A DNA stretch of 63,201 nt, the filler included, from Kipferlia bialata (taxonomy: Eukaryota), in the NCBI GenBank assembly GCA_003568945.1. It is 6 parts of 6 records of this genome, joined end to end, with 100 filler letters (N's around TTAATTAATTAA, not from the genome) between each part and the next. Parts side by side here need not be neighbours in the genome. Positions count along the whole stretch, not along the records: positions 1 to 14,110 come from BDIP01000857.1; positions 14,211 to 21,792 come from BDIP01000858.1; positions 21,893 to 30,237 come from BDIP01000859.1; 3 more parts are not named here. One strand, given 5' to 3'. Below are positions 12,778 through 25,700 of this stretch, in pieces. Made by a program: the position numbers and the translations under genes. Each line of letters starts with the position of its first letter. The first letter of the stretch is position 1. Under the pieces are notes generated by a model that was not told where the DNA came from, ran no database searches, and saw only the letters and a list, made by a program, of their open reading frames with translations.

Positions 12778-13836
12778 TCACCAATCATAGTCCCAGTCTG
12801 TGTAGTGTCTGAGAATGGACTCTGATACCCTTATCAGAAACACTCTCTGGTCTCCTGCGTGTGCCTGAAGTGAATAGGACTCAAGTAACAGGATATGGTT
12901 CCGTGTGAGCTTGCAGAGTTGAATTTTCGAGTCTGTGTTTCGGTCCAGCGTAGGGACAGACTCACACTCTATCAACTCCATAGAAATGGGATCCAGAATA
13001 TGTGGTGGACGTAGCAAAATAGGGTCAAGGTCGATGTCACGTGAGCCGAGACACAGAATTCTGCCACCCATAGCAACACATTCATATGGAGCAAAGAGTC
13101 CTCTGTTCCCTACACAAGGGAACAACAAGTGTTGTGGCGCAAGAAACAGTGTCTGAAGGGAGGAAGGGTTCAACATAAACCGACTGTTCTTTTCAACTGC
13201 AACACTCTGCATTGTTGACGTGTCCAACATCAGTCGGCTGTTGTGACCAGTAGAATAGACTAGTCCCTGTTGCAACAAATCCCACTGTGCCTTCCTTGCG
13301 GAGACAAAGATACACTCAGTGTATTCATCTACGTTAATACCGCAAAGGTAAGAAATGGCAGACCCTTTGACCTTGGAGGTTGTCTCTTTACCCAAGACAC
13401 CTTGGGAGACCCACTCTCTCGTGTCAATGTGGAAAGTACAGAGTGTGTTTCTGAAGGTGGGTGCCTCTTCCACTATATCCACAAGCTCTACAGCTCCTGC
13501 CCATACCACTCCAGATATAGGAGTAGGTACCAGGAATACTGCACAACAGAGGTGGAATGGACACTCGATCCTGTCACTTGTCTGGGTGTATACTGACTGT
13601 AGACCCACTATGTTGCACCTGGTGTTAGTCGACACAACACTAGTTTCTGATACTCTTCAACTGTAGTCTCAACACTGGAGATTCAATCAAGCACCGTTAC
13701 GTACATGTAGTTAAAGCCTCTGTCCCCTTCCTCCCCTGTCTTGCCAAGAATCAGCGCTGTGCCATCTCCAAGTGATGCACACTGAAGGTCATATCCTAGG
13801 TCAACATCCTCCAGGACCTGGTTGCAGCTGTCAATC
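12778..13836 (-). CDS. Hypothetical protein, possibly beta-propeller/kelch-like
   Basis: A 285-aa open terminal exon, plus an upstream exon (IDSCNQVLEDVDLGYDLQCASLGDGTALILG) with an acceptor at 13837. Family call rests on motif feel only (FHIDTREW, HILDPISME). Confidence 0.45.
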
Positions 13837-14110
13837 CTAGTGTAAGAGGGCTAGGCATTCTTATGTTACGTGTCTTTACTCTCTTGGGAAGGTTGGATTG
13901 ATCGTGGCAGCAGCAAAGTCTGACTATGTAATATATGTACCGTAGTATACAGTCCTAATGATACATTGCTTGGTATCCTGCCACAGATAAGTACGAGGTT
14001 CATACTAAGAGATATCCCACACAATCGGTGGGGGAGTTGATACACGTACCAATGCAGCAGGGGTGGCAACTGACATGTCAGTTATGTCAGTTAACTTTAA
14101 CGGACATAAC

Positions 14111-14210
14111 NNNNNNNNNNNNNNNNNNNNNNNNNNNNNNNNNNNNNNNNNNNNTTAATTAATTAANNNNNNNNNNNNNNNNNNNNNNNNNNNNNNNNNN
14201 NNNNNNNNNN
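14111..14210. other. Artificial scaffold linker N44-TTAATTAATTAA-N44
   Basis: All-frame stop linker; the identical structure recurs five times in the window. Confidence 0.97.
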
Positions 14211-14282
14211 ACTATCGGCATTTGTTCACACCCCCCCCCCCCCCCCCCCCCCCACCACCATCCCACCCCCTGTCTCACCCAG

Positions 14283-14901
14283 CACCTGTCCCTTGTCACC
14301 ACCCACTTTGGCCATGAGCATGGGCCAGTCGAGCATGTCCTGTGTGACCTCACCATGGTATGAGTATGTGTATGTGTATACATATATATGCCTGGTAGTA
14401 TGTATCCTTGTGCATACCCCCCCCCACTCTAGATCCTGGCCATGGGCTATGCCCACAGACAGTTCAGACACTTCCACAGACACCTGAGGCAGTGGATGGA
14501 GGGGGTGGTACCAGGACACCCCATGATTAGGTATGAGGCTCTTGTGCATTAGGGGTCTGGTATGTATATGCATGGGGATACATATGCCATCTCTGCTCCA
14601 ACCAGCAGGCAGTACCGCCACATTGATATTACATAGGTATCATGGCGTGTATATATAATATGTGTATTGGGCTCTATACTCCTCCTTTGTTCTAACCAGC
14701 AGGCAGTACCGCCACATTGCCGACCATCCCCGGCGCATGATGGACCCCTGTCAGCTGGAGACATACGACAAGTGGTACGAAGAGGAGGGCAGAGAGGCCT
14801 GGGAGGCACTGCTGAGAGAGGAGGGGGTGGGTGTAGACGGAGAGGAAGAGGAAGACAGAGAGAGCGAGGGCACAGACAACGTGGGTGAATGTAGTGTCTA
14901 A
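14283..14901 (+). CDS. 3' exons of a hypothetical protein (His-rich, acidic tail)
   Basis: Three GT-AG exons: HLSLVTTHFGHEHGPVEHVLCDLTM|ILAMGYAHRQFRHFH..|QYRHIADHPRRMMDPC..*. An exon-head echo lies at about 14597-14626. Confidence 0.55.
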
Positions 14902-15261
14902 ATGTACTGTTCCCAGTCGTGGCGCCTCCCCATAATTCGTAGTGTTCCTCTGGTATTGTACTAAGGCTATTCCCTGATAGGATGTCTCATAGGTGTAATA
15001 CAAAGGGAACTGATACTATCATTGATATTCATCATGATGCTATGCAGTATCGAAGTTCTCGCGTCTAAGTTAGACTCTAACACTGGTTACGCCATCTATT
15101 GAACGGAAGTAACGAAAATATTAATCCAGATTGGCTAGACAGACTAGATATAAACCTCTATCCACCCAAGAGACACAGCATATGTACGGTGTCTTGAAAA
15201 GAAATGATAGGTCATTACTGACCATTACACAAGAGCCTCTCGGAACAACCGCTGCGCCTAA

Positions 15262-18200
15262 TCAAACCCTGCGCTCTCCCTCTGTCTCTGTCTCTCCCTC
15301 ACTGACACTCAGACTGGGTTCTGCCTGACGGGCGGGAGGGGGGTCGCTCTCACATAGGGCCTCTGCTTCGACAGACACGTGTCTGACCTGTCTGGTATGG
15401 ACTGGTATAGGGCGGTGGACGACAACACGCCTACAAGAGTGAGATGGGAGTATGTAATACAAAATATACAATATACAATATACAATATATAGGTACGGCG
15501 CCAGGAATCTACCGCTTCGAGAGGCCTCACCTGTGACGGCCACCGGTTGGGGCCAGGTCCCGAAGGTGGGTCCAGTAGGCTGAGGGGTGAGATGGTGTTA
15601 TAGGTGTTACAGCAGGATGATGATGGTGATGCTGCTGATGCCGCTGAGCGTACCGACGTTGGCCTCGATGTTGGCGTCTATCTGGTCGAGGAAGGGGGGG
15701 CGGACACCCGACCTGGTATTAGACCAACAGAGAGAGAGAGACGCATAGCAGCACTCTATACACTCACTCACACACATACACACTCACCCTATGGCCCCTG
15801 CCGAGCCAGACATGGCCTCCAGAGTGGCTGGTGTAAGGGGAGAGTGAGGGGGGATGAGGAAAAGGATGTACCGTCGAAGGAGAGGGGGAGAAGTAAAGCT
15901 AAGAATGATAGAGACCCTAGTACCTGAGAAGAGGTTGAGAAGAGGCCTGGCGAGGTTGGCAATGAAGGCTATCTGGCACCCACTCATGTTGGAGGGGTAC
16001 TGAGTACGGTCCTGGAGGTTTAGTTTCATGTAAGGGTGACCGACGAAGAAGTGTCGAATGCACTCTCTCCACAGTGGTATACGGGCATATATACATGTAT
16101 ATGTGTATATACCTGGTGGTTGGCGAGTGTCACACCGTGACAGTACTCCATCTCACTGTCTCCCTGCTTGTAGAACTCCCTGGGGATTAGGGGTGTATGG
16201 GAGGGAATATGGGTAGAAAGGGATCAATTACCATTGTATGCATAAAACCCTGGTGATCAAGGGTGTAAACAGTAATACTGTTACAGTATCAATGTACATA
16301 TATATATATAGCCCATCACATACCATCACATACCATCACATACCATCACATACCATCACATACCATCACATACATATATATACCATCACCCACCTCATGA
16401 TGCACTCGGCATAGACCTTGGCCACGGACTGGGGCCTAGGGGTAAGGGTGCAGCAAGGGAGAAGAGCACGACCATCTTGGGGCGGTGCAACAACAAAAAG
16501 AAAGAGAATACATCAAAGCACTACGTGCACCTGAATGGGTTGGACAGGTCTCTCTCTCTCTCCCCCTATAAGTGTATACATGTATGTATATGTATAGTAT
16601 ATAACAGGTACTGTATAACAGGTACCCCCACCTGAATGGGTTGGACAGGTCTGCCAGCTTGATGATCAATGCCAGGAGGGTGTATCTGGGGTAGGGGGGG
16701 CAGACGGAGAGAGAGAGGTGGGGGGAGGGAGGAGATACAGGGAATAGACTACTATACACCCACCTGGTCTGGGCCACGTGTCTCTCGTCCATGTTGTCTG
16801 TGAATAAGGGTGCAGCACCACTGACAGAGGGCCACTGGGTCCTAGGGTGAGTATAGGACATATATCATATATTTATATACTGTATGGTTCATGGTCACAA
16901 GAGAGGATTGGTACACCCACCATGTGACAGCTCTGTGTAGGCCCAGGTTCCTCTTTGAAAAGTCAAAGTTGGTGGAGGGATCTGTCTCAAGGACAAGGTC
17001 TGGTGGATTAGGGGGTGTTGAGAGAGAGAGAGAGAGAGAGACATAGAGAGAGAGAGGCAGAAAGAGGTCCGTCTCTAGGACAAGGTCTGAGGTCAGATAT
17101 GTGGGTGTATAGACAGTTAAAGGCAACGGGGAAACGTCAGTTGACTACTTCAGAAATGAAGGGAGAGAGTCTGGGGGACAATGATCAAGTTCTGTTGTTT
17201 GAATGATTGAATAGGTAGAGAGAGAGAATGTCATACCTACGAACAGCCTCCTGACTATCTGTCTGTCCTTCTGGGTGAAGTGCTGGGGTGAGACACTGGT
17301 GGATGCAGAACGTAACATTCCGGAATATTTCGCCCTCCCTATATATACACACACACACATATGTATATAGACATACCTCTATCACGCTGGATTCCTTGAT
17401 GAGGCCCCACCCCAGGTGTGCGTGGTGGTTCTCAAGCACCGACTGGTTGTTGAACCTGTAGGATAAGAGAGAGAGAGAGAGGTAGAGAGACATCGGGTCT
17501 CTAGCACCGACTGGTTGTCCAACCTGACTGCAATGGGGTGTCTGGTGCGGCATAGGTACTTGTTGTCGAAACCTTGGGGGTAAGACGTGGGGGGGCGGGG
17601 GGGGATACAGAGAACGATTGGGATCACAATTCAATATGAGATATATGAGATCTATGCGGACATCACAAGGACCTGAAAGAGAAGGCGGGTAGCGAAATTA
17701 ATTCGGGACAGCTGATATGAAGACCGGATCGAGAGAGAGAGAGAGAGAGAGAGTACCTGGGTGCTCCACGTCGTGTGAGGCACAGGCCAGGATGAGGGTG
17801 AACATCTCAAGGGGGCCAAACACATGGGGGTTCTGTCTGGGGGGTCAGAGGGGTTATAGAGTATACACCTATATGGATCATCTGGCTACTGGGGCATGGC
17901 TATGGACACTGTCTCTCTCTCCCTCTCTAAACATATACGTGTATATATATAGAGAGAGTAGTATGCACTATTCACAGACACAAACACCTCAGCATTGCCA
18001 TGGACACTCCCTCTATATAAATATCAATACATACAGTATGTATATAGTATGTATATACACTATACCTCAGCAGGGCCATGGACACTCCAACATATGTAGT
18101 ATGTGTATAGTATGTATATATATACACACATATGTATATACACTATACCTGAGCATTGCCATGGCCATGGACACAGCCATGTGGGTCACATCCGTGGCAT

Positions 18201-19132
18201 GGGTGGAGTTGTGGTAGGGGTTCTCTAGCAGTCAGAGGGAGTGTGAAAGTGAGGGGTCTCAGTATGCAAAACGACATGGGGCGTGTGTTCGTCACATATA
18301 GGTAGATACATCAGGAGTGACAAACACAATAACCGTATACGTATACACTCCACTACCTGATGAGTATGCCTGCTGCATGGTGCATATGCAGTACCAAAGC
18401 TGACGTCTAGAGACTCTGAGGCGGTCATAGAGACCTGGGCATAAGGGGATCGTGGGAGATAATAGGGATGGGACCCATTCTCAGAAGGGTGGATAACACA
18501 ATTAATGTGGATATGTAATATATATCACCCTGTGCACCTATCTATTCCATAGTATATAGTATACACAGAGAATATATACACATGTATACCTAGCTCCTGC
18601 ATGGCACTGTCTACTACTGTGGGTAGGGCCAGATAGGAGGCAGACCGGGGGATGCCTGCTATGCACTCCACCGCCTCCTGGACATAAGGGGCATAAGGGG
18701 GATGAGGGGCATAAGGGGGGAGAGTGTGCCACTCAGTGTGCATCGGAGGAGTGTCAGACACAACAGAGTATATACAGTATGCATGGTACATTGTATACAG
18801 CGACAGACCACCCATACCTCCTCCCCTGCTGGGAACACCCCGTACACGTCCCAGGCAGGTGTCCACACGAGTGGCACAGGGTCAAGGGGGAGGGGGAAGA
18901 CGTCTGGCTGGGGGGTGAGGGGATTCGAAGGCTGACGGAGAGAGAGAGAACAGACGAATGGGACATGAGACACACATACCACTGGGGAAGGGACAAACTC
19001 CTCAGTGGCCCATCTGAAGATGCCCTGCTCCCTCTCTCTCTCCCTCTCGGACTCAGGCCTGTCAATCAGTCAATGGGGGGGGTAGTGAGAGAGAGGGGGG
19101 GGAATGGGGTATGTCTATCAGCATACATATAC

Positions 19133-19177
<45 letters not shown>

Positions 19178-21730
19178 CATACGCACATGGCATCGTACGA
19201 CCGGCCAGGGCTGCCTAGGCTGCCAAAGCTGCCCAGGCTGGTCTCGCTGGGGTGGGTCCCGAGGCTGCACTCTGTCCTCTCTCCCTCGGTGCCTCTCTCT
19301 CCCCCTCTCTCTCCCCCTGTCCCAGTAGCCTCATGATGACGATGATGAGTGTGGTGAGTGTGAGACATGCTAGGGCCTGCGGTGAGAGAAGAGATGAGGG
19401 GAAGGGGAAGTGACACATTGAGGTAGAGAGAGACACATTAGAGAGAGACCATTCTGGAACGTTCAAAAGATTCGAACACCGGACGCTGATACTGAACATT
19501 GATGTGACAAATGAATCGAGTACATAAATGCTATTACTAAACTCTTATACCTTCGAATGCTGTGAACACTGCTGTGACAAAGTCTCTGGCGTTTCTGGTC
19601 TTGGCTCGGGTCTGACCGTGAGAGGGGTTACGTAGAGGTGTGAGTGTCTATGTGTGTATGTACACGCACCTGGGTACTTCCAGTGGGGGTGGACATTCCG
19701 CTGGGAGTGCCAGCAGGGGGGTTGGGGGGAGAGCGTGTCGATGCACCCTACAGTAAGGAGAGAGAGCGGGGGCGATGGTGTATGATCCTGCTGTATATGA
19801 TAAACATATATGTAAGTATATTCAGCATTGCCAAGTGTGACAGAGACACGCAGAGTGCACACCTGTAGCATAGGGGTACAGACTATACTATACTATATTA
19901 TACTATACTATATACTATACCTGTAGCATAGGGGTACAGTATATACACTGTATATATATATAGAGTATGGTATATATTCGTATGGAGTGCCTGCAGCATA
20001 GGGGTACAGACTATACTATACTATATTATACTACACTATATATTATACCTGCAACATGGGTGTACAGTCCGTCACGTCCACGTTCCCATAGCTGGATGCA
20101 ATGAAGTGGGCAAAGATGAGGGCATCCCGGTGGGTCTGAGACAGAGAGTTGGACTGGAATCAGTATCACAGCACTACATATCACTACAACTTTACATCAT
20201 CATCCAGATGGGATAGGCTGAGAGAGACAGGGAGGGAGAGATGTGTGTGCACCTGGTCGTGTGCCATGGACTCCAGGGTGCCCACGATGGAGGAGAGGGG
20301 GAGGGTGCCTGGGGTAGGGGGTGAAGAAGAGGATAGTCAGACAGAAGAGTGGTATACACACTGGTACCTCTAAGTGGGAGCCCCTCCTTCTCACACACCC
20401 CCTTCCCCTCCCTCCGTTTGTCCGAGGCTACCGAACCAGTCACAGGCTTGTACCCATCGACCACACAGAGAGGGTTGCAGAAGGTGCTCTGAAGGTAAGA
20501 CAGAGGCCCATAGAAGTAATGAAAAGAATGAATATCTATGTATATATATATATATGAGTATATAAATGTATACAACAATGAGTGGTATGGACAACGGCAT
20601 ACAGGACTATGGGATGGTATATTTAGGGAAACACCCACAGGGAGGTGGTAGGAAGACAGATGGAAAAGTCAGTACCTTGCTGCCGAAGTTTCTGTGCAGG
20701 AAGCTCTGGAAGAACCCCTGAAACATAAGAAATTAAGGGCGCGGAAGAAGAGAGGGGACAGAGAGAAAGGGCACACAACAAAGACTCCACGAGATCTCCA
20801 AACACACTGCGTCTCCTCTCAGCCCTTGTTAGATCGTGCGTACAAACACACATACCATAGAGACCGGCTCCTGCTGACTGCAGATCCGTGAGACAATGTC
20901 TACGAGGACATAGTATCTGCATGTGAGAGAGGTACATGGAGTAATAATGGTGAATAAGGGTGATGGAGAGACAAGAGGAGAGAGAGACATGAAGAGAGAG
21001 AAGCACCTGCTCTGGTAGAACTCTGCCATGGTGTATCTCTCTAGGTAGGAGACAACCTCTTCCTCCACAGCCTGGGGGTGAATAGACATAGACACACACA
21101 GACACGTGTATATAGATATGTAAATATAGGTCACATCATGACACAAGGCCAAGAGTATACGAGGGGCCCTCCCTCAATACACATATGGAATGAGAGTAGC
21201 ACCGACACGTTAGTAGTTCATACCTCAAATGCAGACTCGGGTGGCATGGCAACTATGGAACTACTGGGGGTTAGGCAACTCTTCGATAATCTATAGTGTT
21301 GAAACACATTGTCACTGAGTGTAGATATACTCAATATCCCCCCACCCCTTGGCCATTGAGAGCTGTGTGAGGCGTGTGCGTGTGGTCTCGAGGGACATGA
21401 GTGGCACAGCCACCACGGGGGTGTCTACAGTGAGAGGTCGACACAGGCAGTAGTAGAAATTGTACTAGGTGCTACAATATATCAGTGAAGGAGAGAGTTC
21501 ACCAAGGGCATGAGGACAGTCCAGTACACGAATATATACACGTACTGTCATCCCCCGCGTGTATGTACTGGGAGTACAGGCTGAAGGCAGGACGAGTAGG
21601 CTCAGAGCCCGGCTTGGACACCTCCTAGAGGTGAGGGAGTGGATCTGACACTCACATGTATACACTGTACCCTACATACCAGCCTATACTTCTGAACGGC
21701 CTGCAGGAACTGTAGACCAACCCTGGCCCT
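15262..21730 (-). CDS. Class I 3',5'-cyclic nucleotide phosphodiesterase, multi-exon, 5'-truncated
   Basis: Catalytic motifs across exons: NPYHNSTHATDV (~18150-18222), ACASHDVEHPG (~17760), SVLENHH, LVLETD, IIKLADLSNPFR, EFYKQGDSE, QIAFIANLARPLL. Confidence 0.92.
16313..16372. repeat. Minisatellite (CCATCACATA)6 in a PDE intron
   Basis: Six perfect tandem 10-mers. Confidence 0.95.
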
Positions 21731-21792
21731 GGGGGATAAGGATATATAGGGAAGGGAGGGGGGGGGGGGGGTGTAGAAAACAAAATGGGGAA

Positions 21793-21892
21793 NNNNNNNN
21801 NNNNNNNNNNNNNNNNNNNNNNNNNNNNNNNNNNNNTTAATTAATTAANNNNNNNNNNNNNNNNNNNNNNNNNNNNNNNNNNNNNNNNNNNN
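21793..21892. other. Artificial scaffold linker
   Basis: N44-TTAATTAATTAA-N44. Confidence 0.97.
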
Positions 21893-21904
21893 TTTTTTTT
21901 CCCG

Positions 21905-21938
<34 letters not shown>

Positions 21939-21966
21939 TATCCCCCTCTCTCTCCCTCTCACCCAG

Positions 21967-22522
21967 GGCAGTGGGTATCTCTTTGGGGCTCTGGCCACCA
22001 AGAAGTTCCTGCTCCTCAACAACATGCAGGTACATTGATGGCCCATATGTCTATACACACCTATCCATGCATCCCTCACCCCAGACTGTGGTGAGGGCCC
22101 ACCAGGTTGCCATGGGTGGGCATCAGTGGCACTTCGAGGGACGGCTGGTGACTGTGTTCAGCGCCCCCAACTACTGCTACCAGCAGAGGAACAAGGGGTC
22201 AGTGATGCACATCAGACAGGGCCGCCCCCCCTCCATGACCACCTACACTGCTGTGCCGGACCAGGACAGGGTGATGCCCCCTGCTGGGTGGGACTGCCAA
22301 TATGGATACGCCTCAATGACCATGGGGGAGGTGAGCTGTGTCAAACCCACCACCCTACTCAAGACAAACACTCCCGAGTTCTCATCCTCCACATCCGTCG
22401 TTGCCCCAGCACCAGCTGCAGTCTCAACACCCCCCTCACCCTCCCCTACCCCCACCCCTTCTGAGGCACAGGGGGGCACAGGTGAGGTTGGTGTGGTAGG
22501 TGAGGGTGCTTCCCAGAAGTAG
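21967..22522 (+). CDS. PPP-family Ser/Thr phosphatase (PP2A/PP4/PP6-like) catalytic subunit, last two exons, with Pro/Ser/Thr-rich extension
   Basis: GSGYLFG..KKFLLLNNMQ|TVVRAHQ..HFEGRLVTVFSAPNYCY; RAHQ and SAPNYCY are PP2A-subfamily signatures. Confidence 0.9.
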
Positions 22523-22736
22523 AGGGCAGTAAGTGGTGACTCAACACTCGGGAAATGAAGATTAATAGATATTCGTATGCATGTCCACATCTCTCACATC
22601 GTATTCAACGATTTAGTACAGTATCGTTCCACAACTCCTAAATATTATAGTACATTCATACACTTGGCCTTAGGACTAGGGGCCGCCATCATATTGACTG
22701 AGTGTGCAACCCCTACCCCCCCTCTCTCTCTCTGCC

Positions 22737-25700
22737 TCACCGGGCCCACTCCTCCAGCTGGTCTGACCGGTGGAAGGTGGGGGACCTGGGCACAGACATG
22801 GCTCTCTGGGCCTGGCCGGGTCTGGACTGCCTGGAGTACTGGAACTCAATGTGGTCCATCCTGGGTGAGGTGACAGCCCCCAGCCTCTTGCACCTGGTGG
22901 CCTCGGGCTGGATGCCTGTCCCGTTGGCTATCATGCTGGGGGACTGGTGCCCACCCTTCACCACCCGCCGGTGCACAGGCCTCTCCACAAAGATACGGTC
23001 GTGGCTGGAGGAAGAGGCAAGGCGGTTCCTGGGGGAGGATGCAGCACGCACAGGGCGCTCTGCAGGGGCCCCACCCTCAGGGGACTCCCAGCTCAGGGCA
23101 GCACCTACAGTAAGAAAGACGTATGAACAACATACCTACTACACTATTATTCACGTACCGAGTCCTGCGCTGGTGTTGCTGCTGGTGTGCCTGGAGACGG
23201 GTCTGGGTGCCTCCTCTCTCTCCCTCTCCCTGCTGGGCTTGGGGGCAGAGGCCCGGCCTATGCGGGACCTCTCTGCCCCCTTGGCGCCCCTCCTGCTATC
23301 CACGGCTGTGCCCTGCATCACATCCTGCACTAGGGCAGGCACGTCCACGGTTGATATGATGCCCTGCTTCCTGGGGTCCAGGGCCTTGAGCATGTGGGAC
23401 ACAGTGGTGGGGGGGAGGTCAATGTGGGCACGCTTCAGGGCACTGGGGGTGAGTATATATAGTGTATGAAATATGGGGAGATACACACACACACACGTAC
23501 CGCCTGACATCGTTGTGGGACAGGGTGGCCCTCCCACCCTCTACAGCCAGGGCATCACGAAGAGCAGCGGTGGTGGAGTTACGCCCATGGCGCCTGGAGG
23601 TGAGATAGAGGACAATAATATACTAGTAGGCAGTATGAGATCCCCCACCTGTTGACTGCGTTGACTGCTCTCTGCATACAGAGCTGGTCATCCCTGGACA
23701 GAGAGGCAGCGGCAGACACCCTGGCCGAGGCCTGGGCGTCCCTCCTGGCCCTTGCTGTGGCCACCGACACCTTCTCTCTCTTGTTGTCCCTGCCGATGGC
23801 GCCACTGTGGGAGCTGGAGAGGGGCTCGTCAGCAGCAGTGACCAGGTCCATCTCGGACCCGGCCTTAGCAATGGGGCATGAGCCGTCAAAGTGACAGGAA
23901 GAGGCGGGGACAACGCCATTCCTAGAGCGGGGGTGGTTGCTGTCACTACGGAAGGGCTCTGACTGGTATGTACGAGAGACAGGCCTTGAGACAGGCTCGG
24001 AGACAGGCACTGCGGGAACAGTCTCTCTCTCGGCCTCCTCAAGGTGCTGCTTGCCCTGCAAAGTGAGTACAGGGGGTGGTATAGAGAGGGAGGAGAGAGA
24101 GAGAGGGGGGACAGTGGGACACCGCACCTCAGAGTACACGATGGGGGAGGGGCAGTGGGAGATGGGGACAGACAGGCACTGGCGGGCACGTCTGCGCCTA
24201 GACTTGGCCTGGAGTAAGAGGGACTACTCTACACCTCAACCAATATACAAATGAGAGAGAGCATTGCAATAGTATACAGTGACTGACCTGGGGTGTCTGG
24301 GGGGCAGGGAGGACAGATAGGGGAGAGGCAGGGGCGGGGTGGGAGGGCAGGCTACCAGCCCTGTCCCTCACCAGCTGCTCCACAGCCTCCACCGACACCA
24401 GGCCCTCCACCTTGCCTGGGCACTCTCTGGCTATCGCCTCCATGTCTCCCTTGGACGCAGAGATGCCGTTGTCGTTCAGAGTGCGGAGGAGCTCGTAGGA
24501 GGTGATCTGGCCGTCTCCGTCGATGTCCACCTTGCGCATCTGGCGCAGCAGGGTGTGGCCCATACCAAGGGCACCCTCCTTGGAGTGCGTGACGCTGTTC
24601 TGCAGCAGCACATCGGCAGCTGCCTCCCTCTGTGCCCTAGGGGTATCGGGGGCAGACCCCTGGGGGGCCTCGCCCTTGTCCGTCAGGGAGAACGTGACCT
24701 GGGGCACGTGGTCCCTGCCCTGCTTGAGGGTGTGTCTGGTCAGGCCAGAGTAGATGTCCTTGGCTGAGTCGGGCTTCACAAACTCCTCGAAGGCCTCTAG
24801 TGTGACCCCTCCCTCGCTACCCTGCAGCAGGTGGGCGTGCAGGATAGACTGGTCGTGGTCACTCAGCTGCACACCGACGCTGGCCAGGCCGTGGCCCAGC
24901 TCCCCGAGGGAGAGGGTCCCGTCGTTGTTGTGGTCAAACTTGGCGAAGAGGTCGGCAGCAGAGGAGTGGGAGAAGGACATTCTGTTGAGGACGCCGTCCT
25001 TGATGGTCTCCAGACTGTCTGTAGGGTCCTGGTTCTCAATGGACTGACTGGCCCTCAGCCTCAGCCGCGACTCCTGCTTGTCCTCACTGGTCACCTGGGG
25101 GTTCACCCAGCTCTGCAGCTCAGGCAGAGACACCTTGCCGTCCCCGTTCCTATCAAGGGAGGTGATGACCAGGTCGAGGTCCTCCTGCCCCAGGGCCAGA
25201 CCCACGTGGGACAGGGCCTTTCTGAACTGGATGTAGTCCATGCTGCCCTCCCGGGTGTGGTCGAACTTGAGGAACACCTGCGAGATGCGGCCCCCATACT
25301 TGGAGTCGATCTTCATGGCCAGACGCTCTCTGATGTCGTTGAGGTGCTTCTCCATGGGAGTGGGCAGGGGGACAGGTGTCTCGGAGGGGGCAGTGACGGG
25401 GTTGTCGGCAGACACAGCCACCTCGTAGTTCTTGATGCCCCTTCTGTCCTGCAGCTCGGTGGCCAGCTCCTACAGTGAGTATGGGCATAATGCACCTATT
25501 CAACGTACAACTACATTCACGCATCCTTACCTTCCCGGTCTTGATGGGGGCCCTGGCCAGAGCCTCGAACTCAGAGAACTGGACGGTGCCCGTTCTGTTC
25601 TTGTCCACAGCTGCCAGGAGGAGGGCCAGCTCGTGCTCGCCAAGGTCAACACCGATGGAACGGAGGCCATCGCGGAACTCAGCTAGGGGTAAGACAGAGT

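Noticed and set aside
14155..14166. TTAATTAATTAA palindrome (five copies) as piggyBac TTAA site or regulatory motif
   Set aside because: Always centred in exactly 44+44 Ns, so it is an artificial concatenation linker.
24339..25478. Long plus-strand ORFs opposite the EF-hand exon
   Set aside because: Antisense shadows of GC-rich coding sequence.
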